Below are positions 11,718 through 22,162 of a stretch of 59,735 nt of DNA, piece after piece; position 1 is the stretch's first letter; the number at the start of each line of letters is the position of its first letter. Below the pieces are notes generated by a model that did not search any database, was not told where the DNA came from, and saw nothing but the letters and a program-made list of their open reading frames with translations. The DNA comes from an uncultured Bacteroides sp. (lineage in GTDB: Bacteria > Bacillota > Clostridia > Oscillospirales > Acutalibacteraceae). The stretch spans positions 1 to 59,735 of the forward strand of contig CAYXLH010000002.1 of NCBI GenBank assembly GCA_964465835.1. The letters are read 5' to 3'. Made by a program: the position numbers and the translations under genes.

Positions 11718-13142
11718 ATGAAAGTACTTTATGTTTCCTCTGAAGCGCTTCCCTTTATGGCGTCTGGCGGACTCGGAGATGTAGCAGGTTCTCTGCCTGC
11801 TGCGTTGAGAAAACGTCTTATCGGATGCCGTGTTGTTATGCCCCTTTACGATTCAATAAAACAGGAATATAAGGATAAAATGAAATTTATAACATCTATA
11901 TCCGTACCTGTTTCGTGGCGACGCCAATACTGTGGCATTTTTGAGGCAAAGCACAACGGAGTAATCTATTATTTTCTTGATAATCAGTATTATTTTAAGC
12001 GTGACGGAATTTACGGTCACTATGATGATGCAGAGAGATTTGCATTTTTTGCACGTGCGGTGCTTGAGATTATACCGTCTATTGAATGGAAACCGGACAT
12101 TATTCACTGCAACGACTGGCAGAGTGCATTGACGCCGTTATATTACAGTTGTTATTACGCTAATCGTATGGGTTACGAAAATATTAAAACAGTTTTCACA
12201 ATTCATAACATTCAATATCAGGGCAAGTATGGCGATGAACTGCTTAACGATGTTCTCGGAATCGCTCCCGAATTTAACAATCTTATTCTTTATGACGGAC
12301 TTGTTAACTTTATGAAAGCCGGCATTGAATGTGCTAACAAGGTAACAACAGTATCACCTACTTATGCTAAAGAAATTCTAGACCCATGGTATAGCCACGG
12401 TCTCGACCCCATACTCAACCAGCGCAGCTGGAAATTATGCGGAATTTTAAACGGAATTGACACGGAAAACTACAACCCCGAAACCGATAAAAATATTGTT
12501 GTAAACTACTCGGCAAGCGATTCTTCCGGTAAGGCGAAATGCAAAAAAGCTCTTCAGGAAGAAATGGGCCTTGCAGTGAGAGATGATGTGCCTGTTATCG
12601 GAATTGTCACTCGTCTTGTAGGTCACAAAGGCGTTGATTTGATGGAAGCGGTACTTGAAAAGAGTTTATGGGAGAGAGATGTACAGTATGTTGTACTAGG
12701 TTCCGGTGAATGGCAGTACGAAAATTATTTCAGAGAACTGCACAACAAATATCCTGATAAAGTTGGTATTACAATCGGCTTTGTTCCGGAGCTTGCAAGA
12801 AAAATTTATGCAGGCGCAGACTTATTCCTTATGCCAAGCAAGAGCGAGCCATGCGGTTTGTCGCAGATGGTGGCGCTTCGCTACGGCACAGTGCCTATTG
12901 TCCGTGAGACAGGCGGTCTTAAAGACTCAATAACCGACAGCGGTGATGGCGAGGGCAACGGATTTACATTTAAAACCTACGACGCTTACGATATGCTGGG
13001 CGCAATTTACAGAGGTATTGATGCGTACAATAACAAGGAATACTGGCCGACACTCGTTCAGCGTGCCCTTGAATGCGATATGAGCTGGGGCAAGAGTGCA
13101 AACGAGTATATAAAGATGTACAAAGCCCTTGTAAAAGAATAA
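11718..13142 (+). CDS. glgA: Glycogen synthase (GT5)
   Basis: GGLGDV, IIHCNDWQ, FTIHNIQYQG, MPSKSEPCGLSQ. Start at ATG 11718 after GGAGG. Confidence 0.96.
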   Translation: MKVLYVSSEALPFMASGGLGDVAGSLPAALRKRLIGCRVVMPLYDSIKQEYKDKMKFITSISVPVSWRRQYCGIFEAKHNGVIYYFLDNQYYFKRDGIYGHYDDAERFAFFARAVLEIIPSIEWKPDIIHCNDWQSALTPLYYSCYYANRMGYENIKTVFTIHNIQYQGKYGDELLNDVLGIAPEFNNLILYDGLVNFMKAGIECANKVTTVSPTYAKEILDPWYSHGLDPILNQRSWKLCGILNGIDTENYNPETDKNIVVNYSASDSSGKAKCKKALQEEMGLAVRDDVPVIGIVTRLVGHKGVDLMEAVLEKSLWERDVQYVVLGSGEWQYENYFRELHNKYPDKVGITIGFVPELARKIYAGADLFLMPSKSEPCGLSQMVALRYGTVPIVRETGGLKDSITDSGDGEGNGFTFKTYDAYDMLGAIYRGIDAYNNKEYWPTLVQRALECDMSWGKSANEYIKMYKALVKE

Positions 13143-13158
13143 CCAAATCATATAACAC

Positions 13159-13466
13159 AAAAGATGCAAAAGATTAGCTGAGATGCGGTAACGAAGTATT
13201 GGTTTTTCGCAGAAATTCCCTGAAATACAGCCAAAAAGCCTCGCAGGACGCAAGTCTTGCTACGTTTTTAAACTGTATTACAGACAAATTTCTTTAGGTA
13301 CAAAACTGCGAAGCACTTAAAATCGTTAGATTTTTAGTTAGAATAAGACACAAAAACGTCATAAGGCGCCAGCCTTATGACGTTTTTTAACGCATTTATA
13401 GCTGAAATGATAATGATTTTAAGCAATACTTCATTATCGCATCTCAGCTTTATCCTGCATCTTTTT
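13159..13466. terminator. Bidirectional terminator stem (glgA/nfo) interrupted by the element
   Basis: AAAAGATGCA (13159-13168) / TGCATCTTTT (13456-13465) flank the insertion. A perfect 16-bp hairpin plus T-run at 13352-13388 could also terminate. Confidence 0.6.
13176..13449. mobile_element. 274-bp non-coding MITE-like element with 26-bp terminal inverted repeats and two internal stem-loop arms
   Basis: AGCTGAGATGCGGTAACGAAGTATTG (13176-13201) vs CAATACTTCATTATCGCATCTCAGCT (13424-13449), 24/26 complementary. TT on both flanks. Related end sequence at 35843. Confidence 0.7.
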
Positions 13467-13468
13467 AT

Positions 13469-14299
13469 TTATTTTCTTAATGATTTGAGCAATGCAATCT
13501 CTTTTGCGTAGCCGTCAAGTTCATTTGGTGTTTCAAGAAACATTGGTAAATCCTTTAGCTGAGGATGATTGATAATTCTCTCAAAAGCCTCTGTACCGAT
13601 ATATCCTTCTCCAATTTTTTCGTGTCTGTCTTTGTGGGCACCTATTGGATTTTTTGAATCGTTAAGATGCAGGGCTTTCAGCCTGTCAATTCCCACAACA
13701 CAATCAAATTCTTCAAGAACACCGTCAAGATTATTTACTATATCATATCCGCCGTCGCTGACATGACAGGTATCAAGACAGACGCCTACATTGTCATCAA
13801 GTTCAACACGGTCAATTATATTGCGAATTTCCTGAAATGTTTTACCTATTTCAGAGCCTTTGCCTGCCATAGTTTCCAGCAAAACCGTAGTTGTCATATT
13901 CTCATAAAGAACATTATTTAGAGTCTCGGCTATGAGGTTTATACCTGTTTCCTCTCCTTGTCCAACGTGGGAACCTGGATGGAAATTATAAAGCTGTCCG
14001 GGTATAAGCTCCATTCTTGAAATATCATCTTTAAATGTATTAATAGCAAATTCCCTAACCTCAGGCTTTGCACTGCAACAATTAAGAGTATAGGGCGCAT
14101 GAGCTAGAATTGTACCGAAATTATTTTCTTTGGCACGAATAATAAATTCATCAATATCTTTTTCATCAATAGCTTTTGCCTGACCGCCTCGGGGATTACG
14201 TGTAAAAAACTGAAATGTATTAGCCCCTATACTCTGCGCCGTATCAAGCATAGCGCAAAAACCTTTTGATGCGGATAAATGTGCACCGATAACAAACAT
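13469..14299 (-). CDS. nfo: Endonuclease IV
   Basis: [50 protein letters not shown]. Confidence 0.96.
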   Translation of the reverse strand: MFVIGAHLSASKGFCAMLDTAQSIGANTFQFFTRNPRGGQAKAIDEKDIDEFIIRAKENNFGTILAHAPYTLNCCSAKPEVREFAINTFKDDISRMELIPGQLYNFHPGSHVGQGEETGINLIAETLNNVLYENMTTTVLLETMAGKGSEIGKTFQEIRNIIDRVELDDNVGVCLDTCHVSDGGYDIVNNLDGVLEEFDCVVGIDRLKALHLNDSKNPIGAHKDRHEKIGEGYIGTEAFERIINHPQLKDLPMFLETPNELDGYAKEIALLKSLRK

Positions 14300-15156
14300 T
14301 ATATTTTACCCTCCAAAATGTCTCTGTCAGCATTGCCGCTCATTATATATTCCAGTAAATCGGCTACACAGCCCTGGTTACAGTGACATGCCTCAAATTT
14401 ACAGATTTTATGTATTGAAGAGGGTGCCTGACCTGCACAGGCGGGCAGTCCAACGGTTTTAAGCATATCCCAATCGTTATAATAGTCACCGATAGCGGCG
14501 ACGTGTTTTTTTTCTATACCCAGCATATCCGCAAGCTTCATAATTCCGACACCTTTGTGGGTGTCCTTCTGGAGCATTTCAAAAGAAAACTGTGAAGACG
14601 ACATAAAGTTAGCGTCGGGATTTTCCATTTTATCAACCAAGTGCTCAAGCTTATTAATAGTAAAAGGATTAGACCAGAAAATTACCTTCATCCAACCTTC
14701 TTCCGGCACGTCGTCGATGGATTTAACGTATCCGTGATTTGCTTTGTCAAAATACATTGTACCTTTAGCAAGCAAACCGCTTTTGACAATATAAACATAA
14801 TCATCAAAATAAACGCCGATATCAACGCTCTTAAACAGTTCATCAAACTCTTTTGCTATGGTTTTAACAAATTTACGTCCTTTAGGACCTATGGTGCTAC
14901 GCCAGAGCATTTTTCTTTTACTATAATCATATATTCCTGCCCCGTTAAGAACAATAGCAGGCTGATTAGGCGTAATACGATTATAATTTCTCTCAAGGCT
15001 TGACTGAAGTCTTCCTGAGGCCAATGTAAAATTACCGCCGCAATCTGTAAATTTTTTAATTGCATCATAATTTCTTTTAGGTAGTCTCCTGATTTTATTG
15101 TTCAGTGTTCCGTCAATGTCAGATACCACAAGCCAGTTTTCAAAAGTCCTGTCCAT
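14299..15156 (-). CDS. Cof-type HAD-IIB hydrolase
   Basis: SDIDGTL, LASGR, NGA, GDYYND motifs. Confidence 0.9.
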   Translation of the reverse strand: MDRTFENWLVVSDIDGTLNNKIRRLPKRNYDAIKKFTDCGGNFTLASGRLQSSLERNYNRITPNQPAIVLNGAGIYDYSKRKMLWRSTIGPKGRKFVKTIAKEFDELFKSVDIGVYFDDYVYIVKSGLLAKGTMYFDKANHGYVKSIDDVPEEGWMKVIFWSNPFTINKLEHLVDKMENPDANFMSSSQFSFEMLQKDTHKGVGIMKLADMLGIEKKHVAAIGDYYNDWDMLKTVGLPACAGQAPSSIHKICKFEACHCNQGCVADLLEYIMSGNADRDILEGKI

Positions 15157-16111
15157 TCATATCCCTCCTATTACTGTAATTTACTGTATATTTACTTTCT
15201 AATTTATCGAGAAAATCATTAAAATAATCGGGCAGTTCGGACTCAAAATCCATATATTTGCCTGTTGCAGGATGAATAAATCCTATATGCTTAGCGTGCA
15301 GGCACTGACCGCCGAGCTGTGTAATTACTTTTTTTGGTCCGTAAACGCTGTCTCCAGCCAATGGATGTCCTATATAAGCCATATGCACTCTTATCTGATG
15401 AGTTCTGCCTGTCTCAAGAGTGCATCTTATATGGCTGAAATCACCGAAATCTGTTATCACATTATAATGTGTAACAGCGTTTTTTGAATTTTTCATAGTA
15501 ACCGCCATTTTTTTGCGGTCTTTTATGTTTCTTCCTATAGGCTGATTTACTGTACCATCCTTTTCCTTAAAACTGCCGTAAGCCACCGCCTCATAAGCCC
15601 GTGAAAAGGAATGTTCTTTAATCTGCCCGGCAAGTTTTAGATGAGCATCATCATTTTTAGCAACAATCAGAAGTCCCGAGGTATCCTTATCAATTCTGTG
15701 AACGATTCCGGGACGTATTACACCGTTGATACCCGACAAGGAATCCTTACAATGATACAAAAGTGCATTCACAAGTGTGCCCTCATAATTTCCTGCGGCA
15801 GGGTGTACCACCATACCCTTTGGTTTATTAACAACTATCAAATCGTTGTCTTCATAAACAATATCAAGTGGAATATTTTCTGCCTTTGCTTCAAGAGGAC
15901 GCGGATCAGGAATTGTTAAATTAATTTCATCGTTCAAACGGCATTTATAATTTTTATTTACAGCATTACCGTTAACGGTGACTGCGCCGTTTTCTATAAT
16001 ATTCTGCAAAGCAGAGCGTGTTAATTCGCACTTGCCGCAGTCTATGATAAATTTATCTATACGAAAACCTATATGAGAGTTATCTACGGTGATATCAATG
16101 CTTTTGCTCAT
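15140..16111 (-). CDS. rluD: RluA-family pseudouridine synthase (RluD-like, S4 domain)
   Basis: RIDKF S4 domain, VNKPKGMVVHP, GIVHRIDKDTSG, LETGRTHQIRVH; follows lspA. Start at ATG 16111. Confidence 0.88.
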   Translation of the reverse strand: MSKSIDITVDNSHIGFRIDKFIIDCGKCELTRSALQNIIENGAVTVNGNAVNKNYKCRLNDEINLTIPDPRPLEAKAENIPLDIVYEDNDLIVVNKPKGMVVHPAAGNYEGTLVNALLYHCKDSLSGINGVIRPGIVHRIDKDTSGLLIVAKNDDAHLKLAGQIKEHSFSRAYEAVAYGSFKEKDGTVNQPIGRNIKDRKKMAVTMKNSKNAVTHYNVITDFGDFSHIRCTLETGRTHQIRVHMAYIGHPLAGDSVYGPKKVITQLGGQCLHAKHIGFIHPATGKYMDFESELPDYFNDFLDKLESKYTVNYSNRRDMNGQDF

Positions 16112-16589
16112 TTTTTTTATCTCCTGTAAAAGCGTCAATAACAAGATATCCGATAAGCACCACAGCTCCGCAGGTAACGGCACAGTCGGCAATGTTGAAC
16201 ACGGCAAAATTCACAAAAAGAGGTTCAATAAAATCAATAACATAGCCGTAAAAAATGCGGTCAATAAGATTTCCTATACCTCCTGCAACAACAACACCCA
16301 CGCTCCAGTAAAGCCAAAGACTTTTACAGAGGCCGGAAAATAGATACCACAATGCGCCGGCACAGACAATTAGGGTTAAAGCCACAAATACCCACCTTGC
16401 ACCGGAAAACAAAGAAAACGCCATTCCTGTATTCTGTACATAACGAAACTGCAGGAAATTTTTAATAATAACCTTCCCCTGTTCGCCAGGATTATTAAGA
16501 TGATACTCCGCCAGATATTTTGTTATCTGGTCAAATGCAACAATCAGAATAATCATTATGCTGCACCAAATATGCTTTTTTTTATGCAT
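16095..16589 (-). CDS. lspA: Lipoprotein signal peptidase II
   Basis: DQITK, NTGMAFS, GGIGNLIDR, VIDF, FNIAD. Start at ATG 16589 after GGGAG. Confidence 0.95.
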   Translation of the reverse strand: MHKKKHIWCSIMIILIVAFDQITKYLAEYHLNNPGEQGKVIIKNFLQFRYVQNTGMAFSLFSGARWVFVALTLIVCAGALWYLFSGLCKSLWLYWSVGVVVAGGIGNLIDRIFYGYVIDFIEPLFVNFAVFNIADCAVTCGAVVLIGYLVIDAFTGDKKNEQKH

Positions 16590-16658
16590 TTTTACTCCCA
16601 TAGTAATATTAGAACAATGGGCGCACAAAAATGTACGCCCGTATTTGATGTAAAATTA

Positions 16659-19448
16659 TTATAACTGAGCCATAATTTCGGCACATTCTGCACAGAGAGT
16701 AGGATGCTCTGCACTGTCGCCGACCGTCTTTGAGAACTTCCAGCATCTTTCACATTTTTCGCCTTCAGCTCTTGAAACAGTAACGGAAAGTCCGTCAACA
16801 TCGCCCTTAACTTCACCATTGCCGTTGGCAATTTCAACGGAAGAGGTGATGAAAATTTCAGGAAGCTGAGCTTCTGCTGCAGTAAGAAAATCTTTTAACT
16901 CGCCGTCAGCAAATAGAGTAACCTTTGCTTCAAGAGGTTTACCGATAATCTTAGCCTTACGTGCTTCCTCAAGAGCCTTCTGCACATCTGTTCTGATGTC
17001 GTGGATTCTGTCCCACTTAGAAATAAACGCCTCGTCTGTTTCAATATAATCTGCTTCGGGAATTTCATTGAACAGCGGTGATTCGCCGTTTCTTGAACTG
17101 TCGTGAGGCATTTCTCTCCAAATCTCGTCACAGGTGAATGCGAGAATCGGTGTAAGAACAAGAGTAAGTGCATCAAGAACTTTATATAATACAGTCTGAG
17201 CCGCTCTCCTTGATTTTGATTCGGGAGCAGAAGTGTAAAGTCTGTTCTTAAGAACATCAAAATAGAAGTTACTCATATCAACAACACAGAAGTTATGAAG
17301 CGCATGAGCTGTGGTATGATACTCGTAATTATCATAACCATATCTAGCTGTTTTAAGCGCCTCATCAAGCTTCATAAGAGCGTATTTATCAAGCTCTTCA
17401 AGCTCGTCGTTGCTGACCATATCCTTATTCGGGTCAAAATCATAAAGGTTGCCAAGACAATATCTTGCTGTATTTCTGATTTTACGGTAGTTATCGGAAA
17501 TTTGTTTAAGAATTTCAGGACTAATACGGATATCTGCGTGATAATCGGCAGAAGCAACCCATAAACGGAGAATATCTGCACCGTATTTATCAATAATTTC
17601 CTGCGGTAAGATACCGTTTCCGAGAGACTTTGACATTTTTCTGCCTTCTCCGTCAACTGTCCAACCATGAGTAATAATTTGTTTATAGGGGGCAGCATTT
17701 CCACCTGCAACAGCAGTAAGAATAGATGACTGGAACCAGCCTCTGTATTGGTCTGCGCCCTCAAGATAAACGTCTGCCGGCCATTTAAGGTAATCTCTCT
17801 TTTTGCATACAGCCATATGCGATGAACCGGAGTCAAACCAAACGTCCATAATGTCCTTTTCTTTTTCAAAGCCTGCGCTTGCTCCACAGTGGGGACACTT
17901 AAATCCGTCCGGTACAAAATATTCAGCGTCGTGTGCATACCATGCATCGGAGCCTTCCTGTCCGAAAACATCGGACACACGCTGCATAATATCGCTGTCA
18001 ATAATTTCTTTGCCGCATTCTTTACAATATACAACAGGAATGGGAACGCCCCATTTTCTTTGACGGGAAATACACCAGTCGGCACGCTCCATAATCATTG
18101 ACTGGAGTCTTTCTTTACCCCATTCGGGATACCACTTTACATCTTCAGCAGCTTTAACTGCTGCGTCTTTGAAATCGTCAACGGAGCAGAACCACTGACT
18201 TGTAGCTCTGAAGATTACAGGCTTATGACATCTCCAGCAGTGAGGATACTGGTGCTTGATTTTCTTAAGAGCAAACAATGCGCCGATTTTTTCAAGATGC
18301 TCGGCAATTGGTTTGTTAGCCTCTTCTGTTGTAAGTCCTGCAAACTGTCCTGCTTCCTCGGTAAGTACACCCTTATCGTCGACAGGAACAACAATAGGAA
18401 TATCGGAATATTTACGGCATACGTTAAAGTCGTCAACACCGTGACCGGGAGCGGTATGAACGCATCCTGTACCGCTTTCAAGAGTAACATGGTCGCCCAC
18501 AATTACAAGTGAAGTTCTGTCAATAAAGGGGTGCTGTGTTTTCATATATTCAAGCTCACTGCCTCGGATAATACCGACAGTTTCGTAATCGGTGATACCG
18601 GCGTCTTCCATAGCAACAGGCGCAAGGTCGGTTGCCATAACATAGTATTCACCGTTTGCTTTGAGAAGTGAATATTCATAGTTAGGACCTACACAGATCG
18701 CAACATTTGCAGGAAGAGTCCATGTAGTTGTTGTCCAAATTACGAAATATGTTTTGGACAAATCAGCACCCATAGCAGTAAGTTTGCCCATATCATCTGT
18801 AACATTGAATTTAACATAAATTGAATGGCATGGATCCTCAGCATACTCAATTTCAGCCTCCGCAAGGGCTGTGTTACAGTCGCTGCACCAGTAAACAGGC
18901 TTTAATCCTTTATAGATATAACCCTTAGACGCCATCTGGGCAAAAACTTTAATTTGCTCCTGCTCAAATTCTTTCTGTAGGGTCATATAAGGATTATCCC
19001 ATTCACCGATTACACCCATACGTTTAAAGGATTTACGCTGAATGTCAACATAAGAAAGCGCTGTTTCACGGCAGATTTTACGCAATTCCAAATCGGAAAT
19101 ATTGCTTTCAGCAGTGATACCTGCCTTCTTTCTTGCCGCAAGCTCGGTAGGCAGACCGTGAGTGTCCCATCCGGGGACATAAGGGGACTGAAAACCGGTC
19201 ATATTTTTATATCTTACAATAAAATCTTTAAGCGTCTTATTGAGAGCGTGGCCTATATGAGCGTCGCCGTTGGCATATGGAGGTCCGTCGTGAAGAACAA
19301 ACAGCGGTTTGCCCTCATTATGCTTCATAAGCTGCTTATACTGGTCATTTTTCTCCCATCGTTCAAGAAATTCCGGTTCCCTTTGAGGAAGCGACGCCCT
19401 CATTGGAAAGTCGGTTTTAGGTAAATTTAAAGTCTGATTATAGTCCAT
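16659..19448 (-). CDS. ileS: Isoleucine--tRNA ligase (type 1)
   Basis: HDGPPYANG.HIGH, DWCISRQR.WG, KMSKS, C-terminal CERCW..C..C zinc finger. Confidence 0.98.
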   Translation of the reverse strand: MDYNQTLNLPKTDFPMRASLPQREPEFLERWEKNDQYKQLMKHNEGKPLFVLHDGPPYANGDAHIGHALNKTLKDFIVRYKNMTGFQSPYVPGWDTHGLPTELAARKKAGITAESNISDLELRKICRETALSYVDIQRKSFKRMGVIGEWDNPYMTLQKEFEQEQIKVFAQMASKGYIYKGLKPVYWCSDCNTALAEAEIEYAEDPCHSIYVKFNVTDDMGKLTAMGADLSKTYFVIWTTTTWTLPANVAICVGPNYEYSLLKANGEYYVMATDLAPVAMEDAGITDYETVGIIRGSELEYMKTQHPFIDRTSLVIVGDHVTLESGTGCVHTAPGHGVDDFNVCRKYSDIPIVVPVDDKGVLTEEAGQFAGLTTEEANKPIAEHLEKIGALFALKKIKHQYPHCWRCHKPVIFRATSQWFCSVDDFKDAAVKAAEDVKWYPEWGKERLQSMIMERADWCISRQRKWGVPIPVVYCKECGKEIIDSDIMQRVSDVFGQEGSDAWYAHDAEYFVPDGFKCPHCGASAGFEKEKDIMDVWFDSGSSHMAVCKKRDYLKWPADVYLEGADQYRGWFQSSILTAVAGGNAAPYKQIITHGWTVDGEGRKMSKSLGNGILPQEIIDKYGADILRLWVASADYHADIRISPEILKQISDNYRKIRNTARYCLGNLYDFDPNKDMVSNDELEELDKYALMKLDEALKTARYGYDNYEYHTTAHALHNFCVVDMSNFYFDVLKNRLYTSAPESKSRRAAQTVLYKVLDALTLVLTPILAFTCDEIWREMPHDSSRNGESPLFNEIPEADYIETDEAFISKWDRIHDIRTDVQKALEEARKAKIIGKPLEAKVTLFADGELKDFLTAAEAQLPEIFITSSVEIANGNGEVKGDVDGLSVTVSRAEGEKCERCWKFSKTVGDSAEHPTLCAECAEIMAQL

Positions 19449-19483
19449 TAATCTGTGCTCCTTAGTTTATTATTTATCATTAA

Positions 19484-20932
19484 TTATTTTTTCTTTTTGA
19501 AAAAGCCTCTAAATTTCGGCTGTTCGTCCTCATCATCTTCTTCCTCATCGGGAGGTACAAGTGAAATTGTTTGTGTTCTGTCGGTGTGAGAATTCTCACG
19601 CTTTATATTGAAATAAGACTCAAAAGGAAGCTCATTCTGACTGTCAAACAGTGAATCCTCATCACTTTCAACCTTTTCAAGCTCCGCATCATCGCTTATT
19701 TCGTTAACTGCTGCAAAGGATTTGTCAATAGGCGTAATCTCATCAGTTGAAAATGCCTTCACCGCCTCCATCGGGTCTGTTTTTTCCTCTGAGCCTGTAT
19801 CTTCTCCGCTGTCCTGAATATTGCCGATTATATCGTCAATGGCAACCATCGGATCATCTTCTTTTTCTTCCGTGGTTTCGGAGGTAATATCGTTATTTTT
19901 CATTGACTGACGAAACTCATACCAATCGTCTGCATTGTCTTTTTTGTCATCAATTATAATTTCTTCAGCCGATACTTCCTTAGGTTCTTCTTTTGGAGTG
20001 TCAAAGGAAACAGTTTCCTGTGCTTCTTCAATTTCTTCTATTTCTTCAAAATCGGAACCTTCAGAAGTGATATCATTTTCTGTTTCCTGAATTTCCTCGG
20101 CAGGCTCTTTTTCCTGCTTTGCGATATCTTCAAGCTCAGGAGCCTTTGCGTCAGAATATTCCGGCTCGTCAAAGGAAATGTTATCGGGAATTGCATTTTC
20201 CATTTCCTTCATTTCGCCGATAAGGCTGTCAACCTCATTCTGAAGGGAGGTGATATTCTCTTTTTTATCCTCTGCTTCGGGGGAGTCGCTTTCAAGCTTT
20301 GCCTGCTCCAAAACTGAAAGCTGATTTGAATAAAGTGCTTTAAGATTTGAGATAAATGTTTCAGCGTCGCTTTTAAGAGCGGTTACAAGATGCTCGTAAG
20401 CCTCTTTTTCATCCTTTGATTTTGAAACAAGATCATCGGAAATTTCTTTAGCCTGGTCAAGAATATTCTGAGCCACAATTTTTGAACTGTTAATGGCATC
20501 GTTCGCTTTCTTTTCGGCATCTGCCATAATTTCGGAGGCCTGCTCGTTTTTCTCCTTAATAACGGAGGAGGCATATTCTCTCGCCTCGGAGATTACCTTA
20601 TCGGCTTTTTCCTGCGCTTCTGTAATATTATTCTTGGCAGTCTTTTCACTTTCTAAAATCAGTGCGCTGGCTTTTTCGTTAGACTCACGTCTAATTTGCT
20701 CTGCCATTTTTTCAGCAGTAATCAGCGCCGCTTTGATAGAGTCCTCTTCCTCGCGGTATTCCTCAATCTTTTTTGCAAGAATTTCCATCTTGCGGTACAG
20801 TTCTTTATTCTCATTTACATAAGCGTCAATAGTTTTGGCGGCTTCGTCAATAACGGCATTAACCTGTTGGGAATCATAGCCGTTTTCACTTTTTGATAAC
20901 TGTACTTTCCTCAATTCATTAGCACTTATCAT
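19484..20932 (-). CDS. DivIVA-domain protein with long acidic C-terminal extension
   Basis: MISANELRKVQLSKSENGYDSQQVN DivIVA-like N-terminus, coiled coil with ALITAEKMA; position between sepF and ileS. Confidence 0.75.
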   Translation of the reverse strand: MISANELRKVQLSKSENGYDSQQVNAVIDEAAKTIDAYVNENKELYRKMEILAKKIEEYREEEDSIKAALITAEKMAEQIRRESNEKASALILESEKTAKNNITEAQEKADKVISEAREYASSVIKEKNEQASEIMADAEKKANDAINSSKIVAQNILDQAKEISDDLVSKSKDEKEAYEHLVTALKSDAETFISNLKALYSNQLSVLEQAKLESDSPEAEDKKENITSLQNEVDSLIGEMKEMENAIPDNISFDEPEYSDAKAPELEDIAKQEKEPAEEIQETENDITSEGSDFEEIEEIEEAQETVSFDTPKEEPKEVSAEEIIIDDKKDNADDWYEFRQSMKNNDITSETTEEKEDDPMVAIDDIIGNIQDSGEDTGSEEKTDPMEAVKAFSTDEITPIDKSFAAVNEISDDAELEKVESDEDSLFDSQNELPFESYFNIKRENSHTDRTQTISLVPPDEEEDDEDEQPKFRGFFKKKK

Positions 20933-20950
20933 TATTATATATCCTCCCGA

Positions 20951-21418
20951 TTACATAAACATTCCGTTATTTTCAAGCTCATCAATCAAATCACCCATTA
21001 CATCAACATTGTATGGTGTTATAATATAGGTGCTGTTTGCAACACGCTTAATCTGCCCATTGTTGGCATAGGCAACACCTGACAGAAAATCAAGCAAACG
21101 GCGTGCTATATCACGGTTTGTGCTTTCAAGATTGAGAACTACGGTTCGTTTTTCACAAAGGTTATCGGCTATGGAAGCCGCTTCCTCATATCTTTCGGGT
21201 TTTACAAGCACAACCTGAAGCTGTGCTGTGGTATGTATATTTACCACTTTGTCGCTGTTGCGTGAACGGCGGGGACGTTCAACCTTTTCTTCTTTTTCTC
21301 TGGAACGCTCGCTTCTTGATGATTTTTCAAATGAAGTTTCAGCGTCATCATAGTATTCATCAAAATCATCGTCGTCATTTTCGCTGATAATTTCTTTCAC
21401 CTTGTCAAAAAATCCCAT
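20951..21418 (-). CDS. sepF: Cell division protein SepF
   Basis: N-terminal amphipathic MGFFDKVK; VVLNLE...RRLLDFLSGVAYA...YIITP.NV. Confidence 0.95.
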   Translation of the reverse strand: MGFFDKVKEIISENDDDDFDEYYDDAETSFEKSSRSERSREKEEKVERPRRSRNSDKVVNIHTTAQLQVVLVKPERYEEAASIADNLCEKRTVVLNLESTNRDIARRLLDFLSGVAYANNGQIKRVANSTYIITPYNVDVMGDLIDELENNGMFM

Positions 21419-21433
21419 CTTTTCATACCTCGT

Positions 21434-22162
21434 TTAAAAATATTTTCTTGCTCCGAAAATAGCGGAGCCTACTCTTACAATATTTGAACCCTCCATAATC
21501 GCCTGTTCGTAATCAGCGCTCATACCCATAGAGAGAATATCCATACTTACATTATCTATTGTTTTGGCTTTTATGTCAATAAATGATTGATGTATTATTG
21601 CAAAAAATTTGCGTACCTCGTCATCATTATCACAAATCGGCGGTATAGTCATCAGTCCCTTTACACAAATTGAGGGAAGTTCAGATATCTGAAAGAGCAA
21701 ATCTTCAAGCTGTTCAACATAAATTCCGCTTTTTGACTCCTCTTTTCCCACATTGACCTCAACAAGTACATTGCTGCAAATGCCCTTTTTTACAGATTCC
21801 CTGCTGATTTCTTTTGCAAGTTTAATTGAATCAACGGATTCTATCATATCAACCTCGCCTACAATCTGCTTTACCTTATTGGTTTGCAGATGACCAATAA
21901 GATGTTTTTCAACATTATTAAGGTGAAGGTCGTCCTTTTTTCCTAAAAATTCCTGCACCCTGTTTTCGCCGATAAGATTTGCTCCGTCATCAAGAACAGG
22001 ATTTATATATTGCGCCTCAACTGTTTTTGTAACGCACATAAGCCTTACATCCTTTGGATCCCTGCCTGCTTTAGCGGCAGTTTCCTCAACATCGGCTTTG
22101 ATGCGCCTGTAATTATCCAAAGTGGATTTTATTCTGTTTTCATCAGGTATAAACTTTTCCAT
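21434..22162 (-). CDS. yggS: PLP homeostasis protein (YggS family)
   Basis: VTKT, GENRVQE, HLIGHLQTNKVK, LSMGMSAD, VRVGSAIFG. Confidence 0.95.
   Translation of the reverse strand: MEKFIPDENRIKSTLDNYRRIKADVEETAAKAGRDPKDVRLMCVTKTVEAQYINPVLDDGANLIGENRVQEFLGKKDDLHLNNVEKHLIGHLQTNKVKQIVGEVDMIESVDSIKLAKEISRESVKKGICSNVLVEVNVGKEESKSGIYVEQLEDLLFQISELPSICVKGLMTIPPICDNDDEVRKFFAIIHQSFIDIKAKTIDNVSMDILSMGMSADYEQAIMEGSNIVRVGSAIFGARKYF

Noticed and set aside
12927-13253. 108-aa minus-strand ORF starting inside the MITE-like element
   Set aside because: Mostly antisense to glgA, no RBS and no transposase motif; a shadow ORF.
17372-18085. 237-aa alternative-frame ORF inside ileS, and many other 60-150 aa overlapping ORFs
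   Set aside because: They lie within well-conserved genes, lack RBSs and motifs, and are expected by-products of codon bias.
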